A stretch of DNA of 37,440 nt from Chrysochromulina tobinii. Its lineage: Eukaryota. This document shows positions 29,061-37,440 of the stretch, piece after piece (the first letter of the stretch is position 1; each line of letters starts with the position of its first letter). The notes under the pieces are model-generated. The model was given only the letters and a program-made list of their open reading frames with translations, was not told the origin of the DNA and did no database searches. Made by a program: the position numbers and the translations under genes. The DNA lies in assembly GCA_001275005.1 (NCBI GenBank), contig JWZX01002884.1, positions 1 through 37,440 of the forward strand, in the 5' to 3' direction.

Positions 29061-29549
29061 CTACATCACCGCGCAGCCACCGGCAGCTTTGAGCGCCAGG
29101 AGCTCCTCCGGCAGCTTGACCGGCATCTCAATGAGACCCTCGGGAACAGCATCTTTGACGTACTTGATGCAGATCGAATTGACTCAGTGGCGCTCGTCCG
29201 TCTCAGTTTGCGACTCGCCATAGAATACGTGGCCCAGGTGCGAGGAGCAGCCGTTGCAGATGATCTCAAGGCCAGCAGCGTCTCTCTGAACCCCGACGTG
29301 GCAGTTGTCGTCCGTGTAGAAGCACTTGTCGAAAGCATCCCAACCGCAGTCCTTGAACTTGGACGTCGATGAGTACAGAGGGAACTTGCAAGCGCGGCAT
29401 GCGAAATATCCCTCCTTCGGGAAGAACGCGTGATACTCGCCAGTGCCCGCTCTCTCCGTGCCCGCTTTGCGGAGGCACCTGAACTCATTAGGCGTGAGCT
29501 CCTTGGCAAACTCGCTGTTTGGGCGATTATGAGGGAACTTGCCCTCCAT
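29061..29549 (-). CDS. msrB: Selenoprotein methionine-R-sulfoxide reductase B (UGA=Sec at 29184-29186), 162 aa
   Basis: GTERAGTGEY, Zn ligands CRAC and CNGC, GW, HLGHVF; TGA sits at the catalytic site RH-U-VNS; the frame continues ICIKYVKD...GGCAVM-TAG; SECIS downstream. Confidence 0.93.
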
Positions 29550-29819
29550 GTCGAAAGAGCGAACGCGAGCGTCCTTCTCAGGAATTTCCGAAATGAATAT
29601 GGATCAGACCGCTTTTTTATCGTATATCCAACCAAAGGGCAGGTGTAGGTGTTCTTTTGAACAGCCTGCATAGGGGTTTGTGCGATGTCTTCTAAAAGCG
29701 GACACTTTCGCGCGAGGGGAGAAAAGCGGTTCCATCCTCACGCCGCCGCTGATCTCGCGCCAGCCCGGCGACAGGCTATGCCTCGATTATTTCGCCCCGG
29801 ATCGGCGCGCGTCCGACCG

Positions 29820-30307
29820 ATGTCTGCACACGACAGCAACCCGGCCAACATTCGTACTGAGTGTTGCACAAAGGAAGCTGGCGCCAGAGGTGCGCGTTCT
29901 TGCCCGCTTGCGCACCCGATCGCCCGCTTGCGCACCCGATCCGCCGTCTCACGCCACCTCACGCGCTCAAGTCTCGTTCCGAACCGGCAGCGGGCGTGTA
30001 CTTGAAGCAAACGCCAGGCATCATCACGATCGAGAGTGTTGAGCTGTCGAGCCCATTCTTTGGCCTCGTTCATCCGGGTGACCTCATTCATTCCGTGTGT
30101 GCCGAGGTCGATGGGTGCGAACCTCTCGATATGATGGGTGCCAAAGACGTGGCGGACTATGCTAAAATGTTCATCGCTGCTTCTCGGCTCACCGTGAGGG
30201 TTGAGACGCTTGGAATTTCGCCGGAGAAGGCTCCTAAAGCCTCAATGTATACTAAGGCTGCCCGTGTAGCGAGCCCTCAAAGCTGTACTCACTCTACGAG
30301 TACGTAA
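29820..30307 (+). CDS. Small PDZ-domain protein; exons 29820-29889, 29991-30307
   Basis: Spliced KEAGARAGVYL...ITIESVELSSPFFGLVHPGDLIHSV is PDZ-like; in-frame upstream ATGs at 29778 and 29685. Confidence 0.6.
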
Positions 30308-30486
30308 GTCGTACGGTAAGTCGTGCTCTAAGTCCTAAGAGAGAATTTTAGTCAACACTCGAGCAGAAAATACGTTATGAATAAAGGGCTTCTGAGTCGC
30401 GACATGTGCACATGACACGTCTCGAGCGCTGGCCCGCTGGGCCGTGTAGTTGTTACTCTGCGACTGCTGTGCTACCCTGCCGTGCT

Positions 30487-32139
30487 CTACCGTACATCTG
30501 CTCCATCTGCTCCATCTGCCGCTACATCTGCTACATCTGCTACTGCTGCTGCATGACTGATGCTAGTGCAAGTCGTGGTGGTGCTGCTGCTGCTGGATAC
30601 ACTGACCAACTCCAATTGGCTCGCTGCCGCTCTGGGCGGGAGCCGCGGCACCATCGCGACGCCAATGAAGCAGAGTGTCTGCACGAGCACGACGAGGCCG
30701 ACTGAGTAGAAGAGGAAATTGGGCGACGAGTCGAGCAGCGCACCTGAGGAAGGCAATTAGGGCAATTCGGGCAATTCGGGCAATTAGGGCAATTAGGGCA
30801 ATTCAAATGCCTATAGGAAATGGGGCGACAAGTCGAGCAGCGCACCAGTGAGCGGCGGGCCTAGGACGGCGCCCGCGAGAGCGCCCACGCAGAGCCGCGA
30901 GATCCAGACGCTCGAGAGCGGCACACGCGACTTTGCGAGCATGAGGCCCTGGGGGTACAAGGCTGAGATGCCGAGCCCGACTCCCGCCACACTCGCGAGC
31001 AGCCAAGTATAGTTCGTCGGAGCCGCGACAACGAAGACGACGGCTGAGGTGAGAGCGATGCTGAACTCGATGGCGCAAAAGGCCGCAGGGCGTAACCACC
31101 AGGCAAGCGGCACGGAGAGCAGCCGCCCCGCCAAATGAGCGCCAAAGAAGGCCGAGGTGGCAAACGCGCCGGCCTCTTCGTCCTGGTCCAACTCTGGCGA
31201 ACGTACTATGGCGGTTGTGAGCCAGTCGCCGGGAATGCGCTCGGCCGCGCCCAGGCACGCGTAGAAGCCAAACATGAGCACCATGATCAGGTAGAAGTGT
31301 CGAGGACGGTCGCCAGGCTCGGGCGCCACCGATTCCGGTCCTGTTCCTGGGTCGCCTCCTGGCCCCTCGTCTACCATGGCTGTGGACGCACTTCTGCTTC
31401 CGCGGGCTGTGGGAAGACGAGATGTTTGCTCGTCAGGGTCGCCTCGAGGACGACCACCACCGCCGCTGCTGCTGCCGTTGCCATGACCACACCTGTGCCG
31501 AGCATGCGCGTGCGCTTCTTGGGCAGAGTCTGAGGCTGCGAGCGATAGTGCGGCCCAGTGCTGGCGAGGTGGCGGCACCAGCACAAGCGGAAGGCTGAGC
31601 GCCGCCGTGCTGAGCGCTGCGACGAGATAGAGCAATGGCAATCGCTCCGCTGAGAGGCCGATGGCCTGTGCCAGGAGGGGTGCCACTGTGCTACCTGTGG
31701 ACCATGCGGCATGGAGCAAGTTCATCGCCGGAGCTCCACGCACCTCATCGTCTTCCCACAGCTTGACGAGTAGCACGTTGCCCATCACATCGATGCAGCC
31801 ACCCGCAAAGTTCATGCCTGCGACGAGGAGGACGAAGAGCCACAGACTGCTGGCATGTGGGAAGAGAGCCCCACAAAGCGCCATCATTATCTGCCACGCT
31901 GCCAGTAGCCAATGCGCATAGCGACCGGTCCGGTCCAGGAGCGCGCCCATGAAGATAGTCCCAGCGCCGTAACAAGCTCCACGGGCGATGTACGCTGGCG
32001 CAAGGTTGGATGGGTTGTTGACGCCGACTCGTATGCTGAGCGATGGAAGCGTTGGGCCGACAGTGCCAGGCATGAGCCCGAGGCCGATGAAGAGCACGCA
32101 GTATGCCAAGGTGCAGGCGTAGGGCCCATCAAGTCGCAT
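30487..32139 (-). CDS. MFS transporter (MFSD4/FucP-like); exons 32139-30846, 30743-30487 (about 516 aa)
   Basis: GPTLPSL, GALLDRTGR, GCIDVMGNVLL, MNLLHAAWSTGSTVAPL, AGRL, SALYP; intron 30845-30744 removes the TAG and restores the last transmembrane helix. Confidence 0.88.
30752..30803 (-). repeat. 9-bp aattgccc(t/g) repeat, about 6 copies, in the MFS intron
   Basis: gggcaatt(a/c) tandem units on the + strand. Confidence 0.9.
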
Positions 32140-32395
32140 CGGTCCTGCCGTTGCGCGTTGAGCCGAGGCCGAGCGCGACCGTCTGGTTGTACGGCGTGTA
32201 CACCTTGAGCTCGTCAATCGCGTTCGGTGCTGTGAAAGCGTAAAAAATCGCAAATTTCTACATTGCGTGCGAATGTGCAGCGGCGTCGTGTCACCGTCGT
32301 TGGCGTCAAGCGTTGGTCAATTTGGTTTCTCTGATGACTTTCCTAATTCGTAACACTCGGTCACGTCTCTCACGCGTACCCTACTCTCTCCCAAC

Positions 32396-34540
32396 ATGCA
32401 GCGACTTTCCGCGCTTGATGTGATTTCGAGTGAAGAGCAGTGCGTGCTGCTGAAGGCTGATGCCGCCAAACTCCGGGCCATCGTCCGTCTGAACGATCGG
32501 GGCCATCAGGGCCATCAGACCTTTTGGCTCGACTACTTTTCTGGGCAGACCTCCACGGCGGGAGAAACACCAGAGCGGACGCGATGCAATCTAGAGCGCC
32601 TTGCACTCGCAGTGATGCATCATCACACACCTGCTGATGGCTGTCTTGGTCCAGGCCTCCATGTGCGCGGCGTTGAGTGGTGGGTTCAGTCGCGTAGCTC
32701 GTCGGCCAGTCGCGTTACCCATCCATGGGGTTCGTGCATTCAGTCGCGTCAACCATCTATGGGCCTGCATTTCGACTCAGACGAGGAGCTCAAGGGTGCC
32801 ACGGGAGAGCACAAGACGCCATGGCTCGCGACCATCACATATCTTGGCTCGCGTGGAGCACCCACCGTCGTATTACCGGTCGTCGGGGACTGCGAAGGTC
32901 ACGCTGAGCTGCTGCCGGAGACGAGCGCAGCGAGCGGCACCTTTGTGTCCTACCCAGTGGCGGGCAAGCACGTCGCATTCGACGGCGGGCTGCTGCATGG
33001 CGTGCTCGCAGAGATGAGCTCGGAAGGACCGGCCGACCCAGACGAGCCGTATGTGCGGTGCACGCTACTGGTCAACATTTGGTGTAGCCACCGGCCCCTT
33101 GCGGCCGTGCGACTGCCTGCCGAGATTGCGGCGACGCTCTCAAACTCGCCACAGGCGGCCTTCTTTGCTGGCGCGACCGCCCTGCCGGCGACTCTGGCGC
33201 CACAGCCTCAGCCAAGGGGGCATGGCGCAGGCTCTCACCCAGATCAGGACAGTGCAGAGGACGCATGGACTGCCTTCGACGTCGGCTTCATCCCCGAGCG
33301 CGCCGTGTGCGCTGCTCACCCCGACTGGCACACGATGACGGTCAAAGGCTTCCCGTTTGCACACCCGAGTCTGGGCCTGCGCCGCCTGATGGCACCGCCC
33401 TCGCCTGCCGTCCAGCCCTCCTTGAAGCTCACGGGGGCCTCCTCGCTCTTCTACGCTCCATGTGTGGAAATTCGGCTCGACGAGGTAGTTGCTGCAGCTG
33501 CAGCGCTTGCGGCGACGATCGCGGCGGCGACACTCACGGCCGTCGTGGTGGCGGGGACTACCGAGGCTGCCACCGTGCCAGTAGTAGAGGCCGTGGGCAT
33601 GGTCGATCCCGCGCAGGCCGCTGCGACCGTGGGAAGCACAGCATTGGCGGTTACGGCAGCGGCTACAGCGGCGGCGGCAGCGGTGGCAGCGGCAGCGGTG
33701 GCGGCGGCGATGGCGGCGACAGCGGCGGTGGCACGAGCCGGTGCGATTGGATCTCAAGCCGACAACGAGCCCGCGCCCGATAAGAACCCCACGTACGAAA
33801 GCTACTTCACAGCGCTGCCCCACGTGGTTCGTCAATGCCTGGTCGAGGGCGAGGAGGTGGATGCATGCGCGCTGGTCGAGGCCCTTCAAACCATCAATGA
33901 ACATGTGGACGATTATCCAACCGAGACCGCCCTCGACTTGCTCAGTGTGAAAGGCGCGATCGATGCGGCCGGCTGCGAGACGCTACGCAGAGCGGTTGAT
34001 GCGACGCGGAGTGTTGTGCTGGACTCCGTGGACCAAATGCCGGAGCATCAGCTGGATCTGAGCCGCGACGAGCTCGAGGGCTATCTCGGGACCTCCACGG
34101 TTGCGAAGCTGTGGCGGCTGCCTCGCCGTCTGGCCTCTCAGCGCGAGAGCGGCGTGCCTGGAGAGACGAGTGACGAGCCGCCCGCGAATCGATGGGCGAA
34201 CCCTGAGCCACAGTACCGCGTGGTGCTCTTCGTGCGTCGGTATTGCCGAGAGACCCGCCCGATGATCAACTTCCACCGGGATACTTGCGCGGTCACCGTG
34301 AACGTGGCACTCGCGGCCGACGAGGCGCACACGGGCGGGCGTCTGCTTGCGATCCTCGACGATGGGTTGCACGAGATCCGGAGGGAGGAGGGAGAGGCGA
34401 CAGTTCATCCCTCCGATGTGCTGCACGCTGTCACGGCTGTCCGCGATGGCGTCCGGTACTCGTTGCTGCTCTTCTTCTTCTTGGAAGCCCTGGCACATGA
34501 GCGGACAGAGTACGTCGACCATCACTGCTACACGACGTGA
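32396..34540 (+). CDS. Protein with two 2OG-Fe(II) oxygenase domains joined by an Ala-rich linker
   Basis: Domain 1: EWWVQ...HFDSDE...FDGGLLHGV...RCTLLVNIW. Domain 2: FVRRY...FHRD...TVNVAL...GGRL...LHAVTAVRDGVRYSLLLFF. Each has HxD...H...R. Confidence 0.82.
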   Translation: MQRLSALDVISSEEQCVLLKADAAKLRAIVRLNDRGHQGHQTFWLDYFSGQTSTAGETPERTRCNLERLALAVMHHHTPADGCLGPGLHVRGVEWWVQSRSSSASRVTHPWGSCIQSRQPSMGLHFDSDEELKGATGEHKTPWLATITYLGSRGAPTVVLPVVGDCEGHAELLPETSAASGTFVSYPVAGKHVAFDGGLLHGVLAEMSSEGPADPDEPYVRCTLLVNIWCSHRPLAAVRLPAEIAATLSNSPQAAFFAGATALPATLAPQPQPRGHGAGSHPDQDSAEDAWTAFDVGFIPERAVCAAHPDWHTMTVKGFPFAHPSLGLRRLMAPPSPAVQPSLKLTGASSLFYAPCVEIRLDEVVAAAAALAATIAAATLTAVVVAGTTEAATVPVVEAVGMVDPAQAAATVGSTALAVTAAATAAAAAVAAAAVAAAMAATAAVARAGAIGSQADNEPAPDKNPTYESYFTALPHVVRQCLVEGEEVDACALVEALQTINEHVDDYPTETALDLLSVKGAIDAAGCETLRRAVDATRSVVLDSVDQMPEHQLDLSRDELEGYLGTSTVAKLWRLPRRLASQRESGVPGETSDEPPANRWANPEPQYRVVLFVRRYCRETRPMINFHRDTCAVTVNVALAADEAHTGGRLLAILDDGLHEIRREEGEATVHPSDVLHAVTAVRDGVRYSLLLFFFLEALAHERTEYVDHHCYTT

Positions 34541-34998
34541 AACGCCATGTCCGGTGAGAGCGGTGAGGCGCGTGAGGGATGACCCACAGTGACGTGTGAG
34601 CGTCGGAGCGAGAGCTCTCCCCTAATCGGCTCTAACTGATATCCAGAATGCGTAAGCCCGTAAGCGAGCGTAACCGCTGCATCCATCGCTCGCGCTCCTG
34701 TTTAACACGGCTCGGCTTCTTGGGGCACGGATACGCCGCGGTGTATTGAGTTGAGGTCGCTGGTCCGGAAACGGACGGGATAACGGTAGATGAGTTCGCG
34801 TCGGTGTTGAGTCACAGCAGCGTGATGGAAGACTCTGTAAACGTGTTTCTTCTCGAGAGTCTGAGAATGCCATACTCCTTACCTACGCGCATATCGCATC
34901 GTCCGACTCTGGGATGGCGCTGTGCAGTATCGCGGTTATACACAGGTGACACAGCGCGCAATGGAGGGAGTGTATAAGATCAAGGTGCGCTCGCTCGC

Positions 34999-35847
34999 CT
35001 ACTTCGGGCACTCGAGGTTGCACGCCTTCTCGGCAGCGGTGCGTATCTGATCGGACCAGTACTTGCAGTTGCTGTCGAACCATTGCTCGCTCGTGCAGTC
35101 GATGCACTGAGAGAAGTAGCCATCGGCTTGCGTCACGCACGACTGCGGTTTCGGGCACGGCAGGTCCGGGGCGTGGCATGCACCTCCCGAGTCGGCGGTA
35201 CACGGGAGGCCGCACTTTGCGGCGGCGGCGGTGCGGATGCTAGGGGACCATCCCTTGCACTGCTGCGCGTACGTCGTCGCGTTCGTGCAATCGACGCACT
35301 GGGCCCAGCTATGGTCGGCCTGTTCGACGCACTGGGCTGGCGCCGTGCACTGCAGCTCGGCGCAGTTGTGGCCACCAGGCGAGGGCCCGGGCGGCGAGGG
35401 TGGCGGCAGCTTCGTGCAGTTCAGCTTGCACTTGGCCTCGGCGGCGGTGCGCATTTGCTCCGACCAGTAGATGCACTGCTCATTGAATGAAGTCGAGTTG
35501 GTGCAGTCGACGCACTTGGCGTAGTACCCGTCCTGCTGGACCACGCACGAGTCTGGTTTGTCGCAGTCAGCATCGGTGTGGTGAGGGCAACGGTCCTTGC
35601 ACGTCGAAATACCGCACTTCGCCTCAGCGGCCAGCAGAAAGGTCTCGGACATGGACTCGCACTGCGTCGCGAACGCCGCCGGGGTACAGTCGGTGCACTG
35701 GGAATAGGACGGGCTCTCAATCACGCATTTCAGGCCGCCTGTGCAGTCCGCATCCGTCTTGCACGTATCCGTCGTGCCGCACTCGAAGCCAATCTTGCAG
35801 AGGAAAGGCATGAGCTTCATCAGCATTCCATGCCTCATGGGGTGCAT
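34999..35847 (-). CDS. Cys-rich protein with four repeats, each containing a CBM1-like half
   Basis: Four units of C-x5-C-V-x-(Y/W/F)(S/A)(Q/K)C-x-DC...C-x2-(W/M)S...AA(E/A)..C...C; the true start is uncertain. Confidence 0.75.
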   Translation of the reverse strand: MHPMRHGMLMKLMPFLCKIGFECGTTDTCKTDADCTGGLKCVIESPSYSQCTDCTPAAFATQCESMSETFLLAAEAKCGISTCKDRCPHHTDADCDKPDSCVVQQDGYYAKCVDCTNSTSFNEQCIYWSEQMRTAAEAKCKLNCTKLPPPSPPGPSPGGHNCAELQCTAPAQCVEQADHSWAQCVDCTNATTYAQQCKGWSPSIRTAAAAKCGLPCTADSGGACHAPDLPCPKPQSCVTQADGYFSQCIDCTSEQWFDSNCKYWSDQIRTAAEKACNLECPK

Positions 35848-36118
35848 GGAATGACGGGTCTAATCGTCAAGGAAGTTAAAATTGAAGAGCGGAACTCCCG
35901 GCGCGGGGACGTGATATGACGTGCATCAGAACGCCGTATCGGAGCTTTCTTACTAGTAATTACATGTACGAAGGACTTGCTTCCCTCGACTTGAATTGAC
36001 TTGACTTGACTTCGTTCTCAAAGCACGATCGTACCGTAATTCGATCGCTTTTGTTGGGGTCTTCCTCATGTCCGGGCGTACGGTGGTTGGGCGTCCCCGT
36101 GTCCCTCTGCAGCAAAAC

Positions 36119-37440
36119 ATGATGTACGCGTTATCCGAAGAGTGCCAACGCTGCGGCGTCGGATTCGTGCCTCGGCTCGCCCGTATCATCTTCCTCGTCA
36201 TGATGGTGAGCATCGTCGACGCACAGGACACCTCCTTTACCGTCTCCTCCGCCTCTTGCGCCGTCGATCCTAGCTCGCCGAATGGCATTCTGTCGGGTGG
36301 CTGGCCGTCGAATTACGGGAATGGCCAGGCGTGCACCATCACGCCGACTGCGCTCGCCATTGGAGCGTCCCTGTCAGCGACCTCCTTTTGTACGGAGTCT
36401 TGTTGCCCTCGTTACAACATGATGCCGCCGCCGCCGCCGCCGCTCCCGCCGCTACCGCCCTTCTCGCCGTTTGCGCAACCGCCGATGATTTCGCTGCTTG
36501 CTGCTCCGCCCTCGCCACCGCCGCCGCTGACGCACCCCTCGTCGCCCCCGCCGTGCTCGCTGCCGCCGCCCCAAGGCGCCACCGCCAACTCTGCAGACAC
36601 TGGATGGAAGGCCACCGCTCTCCAAGGCGAGATGGGTCGACTCGCTTGCCTGCTCTCGACGGTCGTCTTTGCGATGGCTGGGCTCGTCGTACGGTTGGTG
36701 GGGTTGTTTAGAGCACTGCGTTCGAGCACGATGCGAGACGGGACGCGAGGAGCACGAGGGTGGAGTCGGCGAGGAAGGTCGCAGGCCGAAAATGCTCAAT
36801 CGACAGTCGAGACCGACGGTTGGGTGTCCCTCCTCAGCGCCAGGCCACCGCGGTGCAGGCTCAGGTTAGCTTTGGCACTGCACCTCTTCTTTGGCAAGCA
36901 TGCCATGGCACAATCGTCGACGACTCTTCGACCACCGCCGCCGCCGCCCGCCCCCCGCGTTCCGCCCCCTGCCCCCCGCTCCACGTTGACCGCTGGCTCG
37001 TGCCTAAGTTCCAATGGAGGCCCCCAAACAATTCAAAGCACCGACCAGAGGTTCAATGCCAGCATGCAGGAAGATGGAAACTTTGCCGTGTACTCGACCA
37101 CCGGCCCAATATGGAGCACGGGCACATCCTACGGATCAGGCTACTACCAATATTCAATGTGCATGCAGTCCGACAGGAATCTCGTACTTTATCGATATGG
37201 GCGAATGGCGTCGGACTCCATGGCCACAGGTTTGTCCATATGGACAAATGGCCAAGCCTGTGGCCAATGCACGTGGGCTGGCTATCTCTCGATGCAGAAC
37301 GATGGCAGACTCGTTCAGTTCGACGCAAGCAACGTAGCACTCTGGTCGAATCGGCCTCCGCCACCCCCATCTCCACCTCCATCGCCGCCCTCGCCGCCGC
37401 CGCCCTTGCCGCCGCTGCCCTCGCCGCCGCCATCGCCGCC
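36119..37440 (+). CDS. Membrane/secreted mosaic protein: partial CUB-like, Pro-rich, hydrophobic segment, bulb-type (B) lectin domain, Pro-rich; runs off the window
   Basis: Frame is open from ATG 36119 (or 36068) to the window end and is missing from the ORF track; WPSNYGNGQACTITP; MQEDGNFAVY, MQSDRNLVLY and MQNDGRLVQF match QxDxNxVxY mannose-binding repeats. Confidence 0.8.
   Translation, partial: MMYALSEECQRCGVGFVPRLARIIFLVMMVSIVDAQDTSFTVSSASCAVDPSSPNGILSGGWPSNYGNGQACTITPTALAIGASLSATSFCTESCCPRYNMMPPPPPPLPPLPPFSPFAQPPMISLLAAPPSPPPPLTHPSSPPPCSLPPPQGATANSADTGWKATALQGEMGRLACLLSTVVFAMAGLVVRLVGLFRALRSSTMRDGTRGARGWSRRGRSQAENAQSTVETDGWVSLLSARPPRCRLRLALALHLFFGKHAMAQSSTTLRPPPPPPAPRVPPPAPRSTLTAGSCLSSNGGPQTIQSTDQRFNASMQEDGNFAVYSTTGPIWSTGTSYGSGYYQYSMCMQSDRNLVLYRYGRMASDSMATGLSIWTNGQACGQCTWAGYLSMQNDGRLVQFDASNVALWSNRPPPPPSPPPSPPSPPPPLPPLPSPPPSP

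Noticed and set aside
32688..32750. Three copies of cagtcgcgt suggesting a small intron in the oxygenase gene
   Set aside because: No convincing in-phase donor giving a plausible intron length; the frame is open anyway.

Overview
GC-rich, gene-dense eukaryotic nuclear DNA. It is most likely from a haptophyte or similar red-lineage secondary-plastid alga; this is inferred from bipartite plastid presequences, an Lhc protein, ciliary genes and selenoprotein usage. About 20 protein genes are supported: HHL1-like, Tic22, CFAP92-like, patatin, ERICH2-like, SLC4 bicarbonate transporter, an LRR protein, ALG3, a coiled-coil protein, an LHC protein, strawberry notch (10 introns), a thioredoxin-fold protein, MsrB, a PDZ protein, an MFS transporter, a tandem 2OG-Fe(II) oxygenase, a Cys-rich repeat protein and a B-lectin protein. 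Main hidden signals: (1) most spliceosomal introns carry direct-repeat copies of their own flanking exon ends, two of them spanning the spliced exon-exon junction, combined with intron modules shared between unrelated genes, which suggests an intron-gain mechanism; (2) a UGA-recoded selenoprotein MsrB with a clear SECIS, whose read-through C-terminus ends in a CAAX motif; (3) a foldback MITE-like element; (4) a +1 frameshift in SLC4. All product calls are from manual motif recognition, with no database search.
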